Below are positions 12,099-25,569 of a DNA stretch of 64,000 bases, piece after piece. Position 1 is the first letter of the stretch, and each line of letters starts with the position of its first letter. The notes under the pieces were generated by a model. The model saw nothing but the letters and a program-made list of their open reading frames with translations. It was not told the DNA's origin and did not search any database. Source of the DNA: Octopus vulgaris (lineage: Eukaryota); contig OX597831.1 in NCBI GenBank assembly GCA_951406725.2, forward strand, positions 24,800,001 to 24,864,000. Reading direction: 5' to 3'. The translations under genes and the position numbers were made by a program.

Positions 12099-13039
12099 GG
12101 TTAGACGGTTTGACTGGGACTTGTAAGCCAGAGAATTGTACCAGGCTCCAATCTGATTTGGGTTGGTTTCTACAGCTGGATGCCCCTCCTAACACTAACC
12201 ACTCTGAGAATGTAGTGGATGCCGTTTACATGTGATTGGTACAGGTGCTTCTATGCATCACTGGCATGGATGCCTCTTACATGTCACCAGCATGGATGTC
12301 TTTCATGTGTCAGTAGCGGTGGCCTTGACTACAATTTCTCTAAGCTTGGTGCGTCTTCTCAAGCACAGCAAACAGTCAGAAGTTTCGTTCTTTTGTGTCA
12401 ACACCTCCATGAGATTCAACATCTGAAGGTCATGCTTCACCACCTCATTCCATGTCAAGCAGTGAAGTGGGGGTCAAACACAGATACACACACACACACA
12501 CATACATATATACTATGATCTCCTTTCAGTTTCTATCTACCAAATTCACTCACAAGGCCTTCATCAGCCTGATGCTAGAGTAGAAGACACTTGCCCAAGG
12601 TGCCGCGCAGTGGGTCAGTTCCACTAATGTTTATTTATCTGGCCATCACTATAATGTCCAGAAATAAGGTGTACCTCTTATACCTTCTTTACAACACCAA
12701 GACTGGTGATAAATCCCACCTGACTCCTCTGTTCCGATGGTGTAATATGATCAAGCGACTGTGGGCATCATAGATAAATTCCGTCTTTGAGGATTGAATT
12801 GTTTCTAATTCTAGTTGCACGACATGGTTATATATTTTTTAACTAGAATTGACAGCTTTGGTTAAAATTCTCTTATTTCAAAACCAAAAATATATATATA
12901 TAAAAAAAGAAAAAAGAAAGAATAAAATAATGAATGGAAAATATTCATAAAAGAAATAAATGAGGCTTATTCATAAATACTGCAGCAAATAAATTTATAT
13001 GGAAAGATGTTCAAAACACCTAAACAAAAGGCATATAGA

Positions 13040-13079
13040 TATATTTATATACATGCATATATATATGTGTGTGTGTATG

Positions 13080-13128
<49 letters not shown>

Positions 13129-13492
13129 ATGTATGTGTGCTTGTGTATATGTGTGTATGTTTGTGTATATATGTGTATGTATATGTATATATATTTGTAT
13201 ATGCATATATGGGTGTGTGTGTGTGTGAGTGTACAGTTTTACATGTATGTGTTGTATATTGTTTGTTAATTTATTTTCATTATTAGATTTTGGGAAGAAA
13301 ATGTTCAACTCATGGATAGATGTAGCTCTGGATGATTATGTGTGTATGTGTGTGTTTGTGTCTGTGCATGCGTGTGCACTCTGGAACTGATGGTGGATAG
13401 TTGACAGGGAATGTGTATCTAGGGAGTAATATATAGCTTCTATTATATATACACACTTACATATATATTCAGAGCAAGAGAGGTACACACAT

Positions 13493-13542
<50 letters not shown>

Positions 13543-13925
13543 CTCACTGTATATATACAAATATATATATTTCTTAGTGCGCATATACACACAAGTATGT
13601 AGAAACATACTGATACATATATGTCCACCATTTTGTTCTTGTCTTCCTCCAAAGATTAGGTTTGCTTCTTTGTAAATTTAGTACAAGACGAATATACATA
13701 TTCTAGAAAAACAAATTACATATATACTATGCATACACACCTCACTCACACACACCAGAAAAAGCATGCATATTATCTTTGTCTCACACACACACTCACA
13801 CACACACACACACTCTAACATACATATATAAATACATTCATTCATACATACATACATACATATGTACGTACATACATACATACGTACATACATACATACA
13901 TATGTACATACATACATGCATGCAT
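13040..13925. repeat. Compound TA/TG/CA/TACA microsatellite blocks
   Basis: Directly visible. Confidence 0.9.
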
Positions 13926-14251
13926 CTTTTCCTCATACACATTGTATACACATATTGCAAATTCACTGAACAACAATCTAGTAACAAAACTTTCTTTAAG
14001 TATTTCAAATAACCTGTACAATTGAGAATTTCTTTAAAATACTATGCAAAATTGCATTAATAATGATGATAATAAAGATGATAATAATAATAATAAGAAG
14101 AAGAATAATAAGAATAATAATATCAATAATAATAATATTAATAATAATGATAATGATGATGAATAATGTATATACATGCCAATAGAGAGAGAGTGTCCAG
14201 GGGATTTATTCATCAATGCACACACATACATATTAATCTATCTATCTATAC

Positions 14252-14545
<294 letters not shown>

Positions 14546-14977
14546 GGACAGAAACACACACACATGCAAATATAAAGTTATGCCTGTTGGCATATACACA
14601 TATCCTTTGATAGACATATGTACACTGAAACGTAAACAAAAGAATCAAAATATAATGAAAGTAGTGAAAACAGAATGCTACTTAGATGTACGTACATACA
14701 TGTAGTTGTACATTTGGATACACACATGCATGCATGCATACATACATAGTCAAGAAGCACAGTATATGAACATAAATGCATAGTGCACATTAGAACAAAC
14801 CTAGACCCACAGATTTCATTCACATACATATTCAGGCATACGTACAGACACAAGATATATGAAATGAATGATCCTATTTGACGTACATAGTTAACTAACC
14901 ATTGTCAAGTCGTAACTGCAATACAGAGATATAAGCTGCTTTATTATACATTATCTTCGATACACTTGTTTCATTCA

Positions 14978-15000
14978 TATATATATATATACACACACAC

Positions 15001-15060
<60 letters not shown>

Positions 15061-15252
15061 ATATATATATATACATACATACATATACATACATATACAT
15101 ACATATATATATACATATAAATATTTGATAATGATGTCATTCTTACATTTGTACTGGAGAACCATATGGCTTGATATGCTTCATGTGAAGTCTAGGAATG
15201 GATTGAGTACTTGACTCACTGTATTTATTCAAGTTTGTCTCTCTCACTCATC

Positions 15253-15310
<58 letters not shown>

Positions 15311-15376
15311 GTAAAACCAGCAAATCCAAGAAGGAAGCTACAGCTATTTGTTTATATATATATATATATATATATA
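14978..15376. repeat. (TA)n and (TG)n microsatellites
   Basis: Directly visible; pure (TG)n at 15254-15309. Confidence 0.9.
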
Positions 15377-16009
15377 TTCAAAGCTGATGAGTTACTCTGT
15401 TGCTTATTAGAATTTCTTGCTGTTTGTGATCCATCAGGCAACAAGAGGATTTTATAAAACAAATTTTTCTTTCTTTTTTTTTTTTTTTTTTTGGTATCTT
15501 CTAGGGATAGCACACTGCAAGAAATTCTAAACATTGACAGAGTGAATAATCACCTTTGAACAAATAAATAAGCAGTACTACATGTGTTGAAGAATCCTTC
15601 TTTGTTTTCTCAAACAAATACTGTCCAAAAATCAAAATCAAAAAAAGACACCAAAGCTGGCTGGCTTTCTCTGATGCTGTGTGTGCTGAATGGCAAAGAA
15701 CTAAAAGAAGCGATGAGACACTGTGAGATCTGTCCTAATCATGCCAGCATGTTAATATAGTTACATAACAATGACGTCACCAATGAAGATGATTCTTTGT
15801 GGGGTAAAAATAATATAATTAACACATATGATGCTCTATCTCTTCATGGCATTGTGTGGTTGCAAGACAAATAATGCCATTTAGGTGGACATACTGGTTT
15901 ATGTACCCTACACACGTATATATAGATTCATAGATATATAGGCCACTTACTAACAAATATGAATATATGAATTTCTTATTAATTAATTGTTAATGACTTT
16001 TATTGTATA

Positions 16010-16154
16010 GGTGCAGGAGTGGCTTACCAACCATATGGTTTCGGATTCAGTCCCACTGCATGGCACCTTGGGCAAGTGTCTTCTACTATAGCCTCGGGCC
16101 CGACCAAAGCCTTGTGAGTAGATTTGGTAGACAGAAACTGAAAGAAGCCCATCG

Positions 16155-16221
<67 letters not shown>

Positions 16222-16453
16222 ATGTATGTATATGTTTGTGTGTCTGTGTCTGTCCCCACCCCCCAACATCACTTGACAGCCGATGCTGGTGTGTTTATGT
16301 CTCTGTCACCTAGCGGTTTGGCAAGAGAGACTGATAGAATAAGTACTAGGCTTACAAAGAATAAGTTGTGGGGTCGATTTGCTCAATTAAAGGTGGTGCT
16401 CCAGCATGGCCACAGTCAAATGACTGAAACAAATAAAAGAATAAAAGAATAAA
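16010..16453 (+). mobile_element. SINE family A, near full length
   Basis: Matches 61860-62260 with a short deletion in the head. Confidence 0.9.
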
Positions 16454-18432
16454 AGACTCTTAGGAACGCGGTATTTCATTATCCTACCATGATATCCTTT
16501 AAAGTATATTAAATTCTTTTATAAGTTAATAGCATGTTCTACTGTGTTAGCAGCGCTCTTACATCACTTGTTAAGGTTTTCTCTGCAGATTTTCTGTAGA
16601 AGTATGTCCTAAAATATTTTATATATGCTCATTACCTATTTTTCATCTTTGATCTTATTGTTTGTTTAGATCTAGTGTCTCTGATACAAAACATCATAAC
16701 AAAATCCCTGCTGGCAATACTTTCTACAGAATATTTGTAAATATAATCTTAACAACTAATTAAATGTTGGTTTTGTATGTAATTAATTAATGCACTAGCT
16801 TCATATGTTACTACATCAATATGGTAACTTCTTCTAAGGATGTCTAACTCTTTTTTTTTTCTATTCTAGAACCACGCAACCGAATATGCTTCAGTTCATA
16901 TTCTACTATATCAAAATGTGACACATTTTTTTAACAGTAGTTCTAAATATAGAGTCTCTAAATAAAACGGGATCACAGCTGGAATGTCATGGTCTGCTGG
17001 ATTAGAGTTTACCTGGGGCTAAAATTCGACATTGCAAATAGCATTTTCAAGAGACCTCTTACCTGCTTCCTATAGCTTGCTTAACTGAACCAGTGTAAAA
17101 ATAAATGTGACTTTTTATTGAATTAATCAAACCATATAAGCATTGGGATAGCCATGTGGTTAAAACGTTCATATTGCAACCATGTATCATCCAGTTTATT
17201 CCAAGAGTGAAGCACCTTGGGCAAGTTTCTTCCCCTACAGTATCAGGTTTACTAGTAAATTGATGAGTGAAATTTGGTGTATGGAAACTGTGAAGAAGCT
17301 CATATTTTTTTTTGTATATCAGTGTCCATTTCACAATATTGTTTCTGTTGTTTGCTGCTATACCTCATAACTTAGCCGTGTAACAACTAAAGATTGATAA
17401 ACTAATTACCAGAGTCAAAATAATCAACTAAATTTCTAAAAGTGATAACCCTGGCATGACCCCAATCCACTGAGTAGAGCCAGCAGAAGGATAAAAGGTT
17501 TTGTTGTTTAGTGAAATCTCTAATCAAGTAATGCATCACTTGTACAGTGCCATGGATTATCACTGGTTTTTTGAGCTCTTAAATTCTCGACCACCATACT
17601 TCTTTCTATGTATATGAAAATTTTGCTTCTCTGCAAATTTACAGAATTTATATTCATCTATGAAAGCCCTTTCTGTTTATCCTAGTTGATTGACATTTCA
17701 TGATGTATAGATATTTACCTGGCGTTAGACACACTCTATAAATTACTTACCTGTTTAATGCCAGAGTTTTCTTTCTCTCAATCATGTTGTCAACTCCTGA
17801 TTACAACTGTGTCATCATTTTCAGTGACAAGAGGCAAGATTTGAACTTAGTAGAAAGTTTGAAGAAATACCACAAACCATTCTGTTGACTGCTCTAAAAA
17901 CACTTCCAATTTGTTGTCTTCTATAAATATATATACAGGGTTAATTTTGGCAAGGATTCCATGGCAATTCTAATTAATGTAGCATTACATCTCATTTGTT
18001 ATTATTCTTTCTCCCTCTTTTTTTTCAGCTATCTTGCAGATAATATTGAGATACCCTCATATTGAAAGTTGATAATGGCTAGTTCTCTCTTTTTACAGGT
18101 ATTTTGATAAGGAAGAGATTGGCTATTATCAGTCTCATTCTTTAGAATAATACTTCTGATTGATTCTTTTCTAATTTAACAACAGCAGCAACTACAGCTT
18201 GCTTACAACAATAGTCTCAGAAATCCAGTTGATGGAATGTTATGAAATTGAATTCTTTGTCTCAGATATATCGTTATTTACTTCATTCATGGATGGGAAA
18301 TGCAAATCCTTCACCAGATTTACTGCATCTTCTAACCTATTGCTTATCTAACTGACATCTGCAACAGACGACATTCATTCCTGCAGTTCTCTTTCCTTGT
18401 AATAGCACTACCAAATTGTTATTGTTGTTATA

Positions 18433-18486
<54 letters not shown>

Positions 18487-18489
18487 CAT

Positions 18490-18870
18490 TCAGTAGTTTT
18501 ATTTTCATATCGTGCTTTCACTTCACTACCGAGTGCAGCCCTGTGTGCTTTGGGTATGTGCTGTGGTTTGTTGTGATGCTCTTATGGTTACTGTATTCAA
18601 AGTGTTTTGCATAGGATGTGTGCAGTGCCCAGTAGTGCCATTTTCTGTATGTTATATATATTTGTAAGTCCTGGTTTTTTTTATTATGTATTTGTCTGAA
18701 TATTTTTTTTTTTTATCATACCTAACGCGCCTACTATGATAGGAATTCTTTCTGTTTTTAGATTCCACATTTGAGTTACCTCTATTTCCAGGTCTTTGTA
18801 TTTTGAAAATTTCTCCATTTCTTTTAGAGAAACATTGTCATCTACTGGTATTGATACATCAATTAGAAAG

Positions 18871-18872
<2 letters not shown>
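18490..18872 (-). mobile_element. Dong/R4-clade non-LTR retrotransposon, 3-prime fragment (RLE endonuclease C-terminus plus 3-prime UTR)
   Basis: Minus strand reads CFLIDVSIPVDDNVSLKEMEKFSKYKDLEIEVTQMWNLKTERIPIIVGALGMIKK...IQKMALLGTAHIL. Bounded on both sides by (ATT)n, the known Dong target. Confidence 0.85.
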
Positions 18873-18912
<40 letters not shown>

Positions 18913-19119
18913 CTTTATCATCATCATCATAATCTTCATCTTCATCATTGTTGTTGCTTGTAGTGCTATATATTTTTTATCATGCTAGAGTAATCTGGCT
19001 TTCTCTAGATTTTTACTGAACGCTTCTAATTTGACCAGATTTTTATTTCCTTTGAGTTTTTTTAGTTTCACTTGAAATTCTTGCAATTATTTTTACTTTG
19101 TCTATTTTTTTTTTTTCTT

Positions 19120-19405
19120 TCACCTTGCTCACATCCAAGAAATCTATAGACTTCATTCACATCTGGATCAAGTGAATTTATTCTATCTGAAAGGACCTTC
19201 AAGTCCTGCCACTTTAACCATTTCCTCTCTTACATATACAATCTCAATACATTGTTTGACACCTTGACACCACGGCCTCCTCCTGTGTCATGGCTAGCTT
19301 GCAATCGAGTGCCATTATCTACTGCCAGTAGACAGTGATTTTTTTCCAATATACTTTCAGATTCTCAACGAACAATATGTGTATCATTTTCATACTTTTG
19401 ATACT
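19120..19405 (-). pseudogene. Dong/R4-like reverse transcriptase fragment
   Basis: Frameshifted minus-strand translation LQASHDTG..GVK..CIEIVYVREEMVKV..LKVLSDRINSLDPDVNEVYRFLGCEQ, resembling RT motifs 6-7 (YxFLG) of R4-clade elements. Abuts (ATT)n. Confidence 0.65.
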
Positions 19406-19406
19406 G

Positions 19407-19407
<1 letters not shown>

Positions 19408-19462
<55 letters not shown>

Positions 19463-19677
19463 TACTATTATTATTATTATTATTAAGGTGGCAAGCTGGC
19501 AGAATCCTTAGCAGCATTTCATTCATCTTTATGTGCTGAGTTCAAATTCTGCCAAGGTTACCTTTGCCTTTCGTCCTTTCAATATTGATGAAATAAGTAC
19601 CAGTTAAGTACTGGGGTTAATGTAAATGACTCAACCCATCCTCTAGAAATTCAGGCCTTATGCCTATAGTAGAAAGG

Positions 19678-19739
<62 letters not shown>

Positions 19740-19954
19740 TACTATTATTATTATTATTATTAAGGTGGCAAGCTGGCAGAATCCTTAGCAGCATTTCATT
19801 CATCTTTATGTGCTGAGTTCAAATTCTGCCAAGGTTACCTTTGCCTTTCGTCCTTTCAATATTGATGAAATAAGTACCAGTTAAGTACTGGGGTTAATGT
19901 AAATGACTCAACCCATCCTCTAGAAATTCAGGCCTTATGCCTATAGTAGAAAGG

Positions 19955-20022
<68 letters not shown>

Positions 20023-20237
20023 TACTATTATTATTATTATTATTAAGGTGGCAAGCTGGCAGAATCCTTAGCAGCATTTCATTCATCTTTATGTGCTGAG
20101 TTCAAATTCTGCCAAGGTTACCTTTGCCTTTCGTCCTTTCAATATTGATGAAATAAGTACCAGTTAAGTACTGGGGTTAATGTAAATGACTCAACCCATC
20201 CTCTAGAAATTCAGGCCTTATGCCTATAGTAGAAAGG

Positions 20238-20305
<68 letters not shown>

Positions 20306-20336
20306 CATTATTATTATTATTATCATTATTATTATT
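19408..20336 (+). repeat. Tandem triplication of (ATT)n plus a family B SINE
   Basis: Three identical SINE copies of about 192 bp at about 19486-19677, 19763-19954 and 20046-20237, each preceded by the same interrupted ATT tract. Confidence 0.95.
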
Positions 20337-21904
20337 GTTTCATTAAATCTAGCATTGAAGATCAATTGTCACAAGTTAGGTCCCAAAGGTTAGATTTCCA
20401 GGTTGGTGATTCCCTACTGTTCCTGGCAGATGGCATCTTTGCACCACTCAGGTGATAACCCACCAAACCTGTGGATCTGTTTGGGTAGTTGTTGCTGATG
20501 AAGGTTCTATGAGGTTGAAGTGCAAATCCTACCTCAATGTCTTTTAGTCACCTTTTATGATATGCAGAGAAAGTATTGGGTTTATTCTTCAGCATACAAC
20601 TCCCTATACAACTCTAAGATCAATAGGAAATGAAGAATTTTGCTCAAGAACGCAACATGTTGCCTAGCCTGGGAATAATACTCACATTCTGGTGATCATG
20701 AGTGCAACAGCCTAATAACTAGGCAATGTACTTTCACAGGGAACTGAAAATACTTCTACAAATACAGTATCTGGTGCTCCAACAACTCATCTAATTTGTC
20801 ATCTGAAGGGAAAGAATTTAGTAATTTATGCAATGTAATCTACTCTCTATTATGAGTTGAGTATTCTCTTCTTTCATTGACACTGTAACATTTCAAGCCG
20901 CTCTCTTAGTGCTACAGGTATCATGTAATCCAGTACAATCCATTGCATGTTTGGACTGACTGCAACTAAACTAGAAACCCTCCCAAGTGTAATTAATAAA
21001 GTGGGTAATTTTTGTTTGACACCAAGTCAAAGGAGAAATGGACCCTTTAGAGTCAATGACCATCCACAAGCTATGACTGTGAGACTTCTAGTAATTGTTT
21101 AGACAGCTCTGTAGAAAAACAATATTCCAAAATAACACCCACCTCATTGTGAAAGCAGAGTTCTAGCTCTCGCTTATTTCTGGACAATTTGGCTTTGGAA
21201 CCGAGAGCCTTAGCAGTGTTATGCAAGCTGTTATTGACTTCTAATTTCAGTATGACATTGTTGACAGCCATTGTCATTAGCATCTAATTTGTCAGTGAGG
21301 GTAGTACTTGTCTATAATTTAAAAACCACTATATGTATATATACCAAACCCCTTATCTGCTCATGCTATACACATATGTTAGTGTATATATGATAACTAT
21401 GACACATATGTGGAGATACAAAAGGGAAGAAATATATACACTAATGTATACACATATACACTAGTATACAAACACAGAATGTAATTGTTTCCATTTATCT
21501 ATTCTTTAATTTTTCAGTCACTGAGAAGCCGAATTTCCATTTTGAGATGCCACCTTTCATCACTGAACAGTGAAAAATTATTTCTGTTCGTTTTAAAATA
21601 GATTTTAACTGCAAAATAAAATATTTCACTTAGTTCTTCGTATAGAAGACGTTTTGGAAAGGTTATGATTCGCTCACAATGCCAACCTTACCGTTGTTTG
21701 CTGTAATGGAATTCTGATATAAAAGTGAAATTTCCCAATTCCTCTGATTCATTTCCTCTTTATATGTGTGCACAATTTAATGATCTTGACACAGGAACTA
21801 AAAATTTATTCTTACCATTAATAACTGGCATACCGATACTGTCAAAACATTCGCAATTGATTCGATTATTGTTTTAGAGAGGAACTGTAGCATTATCCTT
21901 CTCA

Positions 21905-22122
21905 CCATCATCATCATCATCATCATCATCACTGTTGCCAACATCATCATCATCATCATTGTCATCATCGTCATCATCATTGTTATCATCGTCGTCGTCA
22001 TTGTCGACATCATCATCGTCGTCGTCATTGTTATCATCATCGTCGTCATTGTCGACATCATCATCATCGTCATCATCATTGTTATCATCATCGTCGTCAT
22101 TATCGACATCATCATCATCATC
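21905..22122. repeat. (CAT/CGT)n trinucleotide tract with higher-order units
   Basis: Recurring CATTGTTATCATC..GTCGTCATTGTCGACATC. Confidence 0.9.
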
Positions 22123-22144
22123 TTGTCCTCATTGATATTTTGCC

Positions 22145-22470
22145 ATTTAGCCCTTGGCCAGTCCTAAATGAGCAGACATATGATCAAAAACCTTTTAACT
22201 GTGTTCATACTATCTTTTCTTTCATACACAGTCTATCTAAGAATACATTATTCAGTGAGACTTTTCTAGTTGTTGTTTAATCTAGGGTTGGTTTCATTGA
22301 AGCAGGGATATGATGAAAGATGATCCAGCCACGAAAATCACACCTTTCGCTTCAGACACAGTGCATCAAGGACTACATTGTGTAATGTTTCCTTTTATTT
22401 CAGACAGTAGAGTGTGATTTGAGGGCAATTAGCTTGCTATTTCTAGTAAGCTGAGTGATAACTTAGAGCA
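22145..22470 (+). repeat. Old dispersed repeat family G (unclassified)
   Basis: Motifs AGCAGAC.TATGATCAAA..CCAGCCA.GA and GTGTGATTTGAGGG..GCTATTTCTAG recur near 9060, 11220, 23470(-), 31760, 34260, 36180(-), 51220 and 62760(-). Confidence 0.55.
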
Positions 22471-22541
22471 ACCTTTCTTCTTAGCTTGTCATCATCAACA
22501 TCATATTGTTGTTAATTTTTTTTTTGCTTTTGATGATGAAA

Positions 22542-22755
22542 GGCGGCGAGTTGGCAGAAATGTTAGCATGCCGGGCGAAATGCTTAGTGGTATTTTGTCT
22601 TTATGTTCTGAGTTCAAATTCCGCTGAGGTCAACTTTATCTTTTATTCTTTCAGGGTCGATAAAGTAACTACCAGTTGTGTACTGGGGCCAGTCTAATCG
22701 ACTGGACTCCTCTCCCAAACTTTCGGGCCTAGTGCCTAGAGTTGAAGAGAATTTT
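22542..22755 (+). mobile_element. SINE family B
   Basis: GGCGGCGAGTTGGCAGAAATGTTAGC...GAGTTCAAATTCC...GGGTCGATAAA. Confidence 0.85.
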
Positions 22756-22996
22756 TCTGTGATGAGCAACACGTTAAGTAATCTCTTAAGTTTGATCTCT
22801 GATGTTATAATCAGGAAGTTACATGACTCTTGTGGATGTGTGCCAATGAATAGTGACTTGTAGACTTTGAAAAATATAGAATGCCATTTATATGTAGAGG
22901 AGGTGCTGATGGTGATAGTTGTCATAATAGCAGTAAATAATTTGTAAGTTCCTTTTGTAAACAAAATTTAAAATATTAAGTAAATCCTCAACAGTA

Positions 22997-23158
22997 GGCA
23001 TAGGAGTGGCTGCATAGTAAGTAGCTTGCTTACGAACCACATGGTTCTGGGTTCAGTCCCACTGCATGGCACCTTGGGCAAGTGTCTTCTACTATAGCCT
23101 TGAGCAGACCAAAGCCTTGTGAGTGGATTTGGTAGATGGAAACTGAAAGAAGCCTGTC

Positions 23159-23199
<41 letters not shown>

Positions 23200-23430
23200 C
23201 GTGTGTGTATATGATTGTGTGTCTGTGTTTGTCCCCACCCCCAACCTCACTTGACAACCAATGCTGGTGTGTTTACGTGCCCTGTAACTTAGCAGTTCAG
23301 CCAAAGAGACCGACAGAATAAGTACTAGGCTTACAAAGAATACATCCTGGGGTCAATTTCCTTGACTAAAGGCGGTGCTCCAGCATGGCCACAGTCAAAT
23401 GACTGAAACAAGCAAAAGAGTAAGGAGTAA
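22997..23430 (+). mobile_element. SINE family A, full length
   Basis: Complete head, core, internal microsatellite and tail. Confidence 0.9.
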
Positions 23431-23804
23431 GTAAATCATAAACAGATGCATAAAACAGTTGTTTGACCAGCTAGAAATAGCAGCTAGATCTCCTTCAACT
23501 CCCTACTTTATCATCTAAAAGGAAGAAAGAAACTTGTAAGATAAATGTAGTCTTCAATATTTCTAAAAGTGATGGCACAGCAAAGTGTTGGAACATCTTT
23601 GATTCCAAATTTGTCTCAGGAAGGATTTGATCCCAGATTTGTATCACGAGGCTAATCTTTAACAACAAAAATAGCAAACTGGTATGTCAATAGTATTTTA
23701 AATCTATTTAACAGTCAATTTAACATTAATGCTTCCAGGAAGTTCACTTCCTGTCCTACTGCATTAGATGTCATCAAATTCTGAATTGCCTGCTTTCCGC
23801 TTCA

Positions 23805-25480
23805 TTTCACCACCACCACCACCTCCGACCCCATCGCCACTTTATTATCAATACACCCTCTACCATGACCACCACCTCCAACCCGATCACCACTTTATTA
23901 TCAATATGCTGTCTATCATGACCACAACCACCACTATCACTATAACCTTCACTCACAACATTACCACTATTGTCAATACACACACCACTTACTCCAATCA
24001 CCACCACCACCACAACAACCACCACCACAACTACCATCACCACCACCGCTGTCACCATCATCATCCCAACATTTATTACAATAATTAAGAGACTGAAATT
24101 TTGCCAAATTCATTACAGTTTAATTGTTCGAGCAAAAGCTTAGAACGGATTTCAATTGCACTAAATATTCCAATATATTACTGGTATATACTTTGTTTTT
24201 TATTCACCCACACATACACCATGCTCACCCACACAAGCCTCTATAATGAATTTTGATTGATTAAAGCCTATTAGAAACATTTAATGATAAGGCAATGGTT
24301 ACTAGGAATTAGACAGAGAATGACTTAATTGCATGTTGTGGTGGTAGTGCTGGTGGTGGTAATGGTGTTGCTGGTGGTGGTGGTGTTGCTGGTAGTGATG
24401 GTGGTGATATTGCATGTTGTGGTGGTGTTGCTGGTGGTGGTAGTGTTGGTGGTGGTGGTGGTGGTAGTGTTGCTGGTAGTGATGGTGGTGATGTTGCTTG
24501 TGGTGATGGTGGTGTTGTTACTGGTGGTGGTAGTGTTGTTGGTAGTGATGGTGGTGATGTTGCTAATGGTGATGCTATAGGTGTTGCTGGTAGTGAGGGT
24601 GTTGCTGGTGGTGGCAATGGTGGCGGTGGTGGTGGTGGTAGTGTTTATTATCAATATACTCTCAACATTACCACTATCGTCAATACACACACCACTTACT
24701 CCTATCACCACCACCACCACCACCAGAACCACCACCACCAGAACCACTACCTCCACCACCACCACCACCACCACCACCACCACCACCATCACCACCACCG
24801 CCACCATCATTATCCCAACATTTATTACAATAATTGGTGATGTTGCTGGTGGTGATGGTGTTGCTGGTGGTGGCAGTGCTAGTGGTGGTAGTTTTGCTGA
24901 TGGTGGCAGTGCTAGCGGTGGTAGTGTTGCTGGTAGTGATGGTAGTGACGTTGCTGGTGATGATGGTATTGGTGTTGCTGGTGGTGGTGCTAGTGGTGGT
25001 AGTGTTGGTGGTAGTGATGTTGCTGGTGGTTGTGGTAGTGTTGCTGGTTAGTGATGGTGGTGGTGTTGCTGGTGGTGGTGGTGACTGTAGTGACAGGTGT
25101 GACTGTAACACTGGCAGTGACTGACAGGAACGGTTATTGTTGTAGCAACAGTTGTGAAGTGATGTAATAATAATGGAGAAGGTAATAATTGCTGCTGTTG
25201 TAAAGGTAGATTAGTGACAACAGAGGTGATGACGGTTGTTGTCATAATGGTGATAGTAATGACAGAGATGGCGGTCATTGTTGTAATAGTCGGTGTGTTA
25301 ATAGAAGCAGTAGTGGTGGTGGTGGTGGCATTGATGGTGGTGGTTCCTTTAGAAATTGAGATACTAGAGCAGCAGATTGTTAATCTCATGGTAACAGTGG
25401 TGATAGAAACTAGTGTATTGGTTGTAGTTGAGGTAGTGGTGGAAGTAATGGTTTTAGTTATAATGGTGGTGGTTTTTGAT
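23805..25480. repeat. (ACC)n/(GGT)n low-complexity region with polarity switches
   Basis: ACC-rich 23805-24065, GGT-rich 24335-24643, ACC-rich 24700-24810, GGT-rich 24836-25480. Confidence 0.9.
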
Positions 25481-25569
25481 GATGAAATTTCTACATGGTT
25501 GAAACGGTGAAAGCAATGCTGGTTGTGAAGGTGGGGTGTTTTATGTCTTTTTTTAATTTTTATTTTTTA

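Noticed and set aside
13383-13440. CTGATGG..stem..TTC hammerhead-like string
   Set aside because: No GAAA and a mutated core; too degenerate to support.
18005-18105. Polypyrimidine-CAG splice-acceptor-like sites
   Set aside because: No open frame with a matching donor and no recognisable protein; such motifs are common in AT-rich DNA.
24309-25510. Mucin-like, Gly-rich or Pro-rich ORFs
   Set aside because: They are products of ACC/GGT trinucleotide tracts, open in most frames, with no splice or domain evidence.
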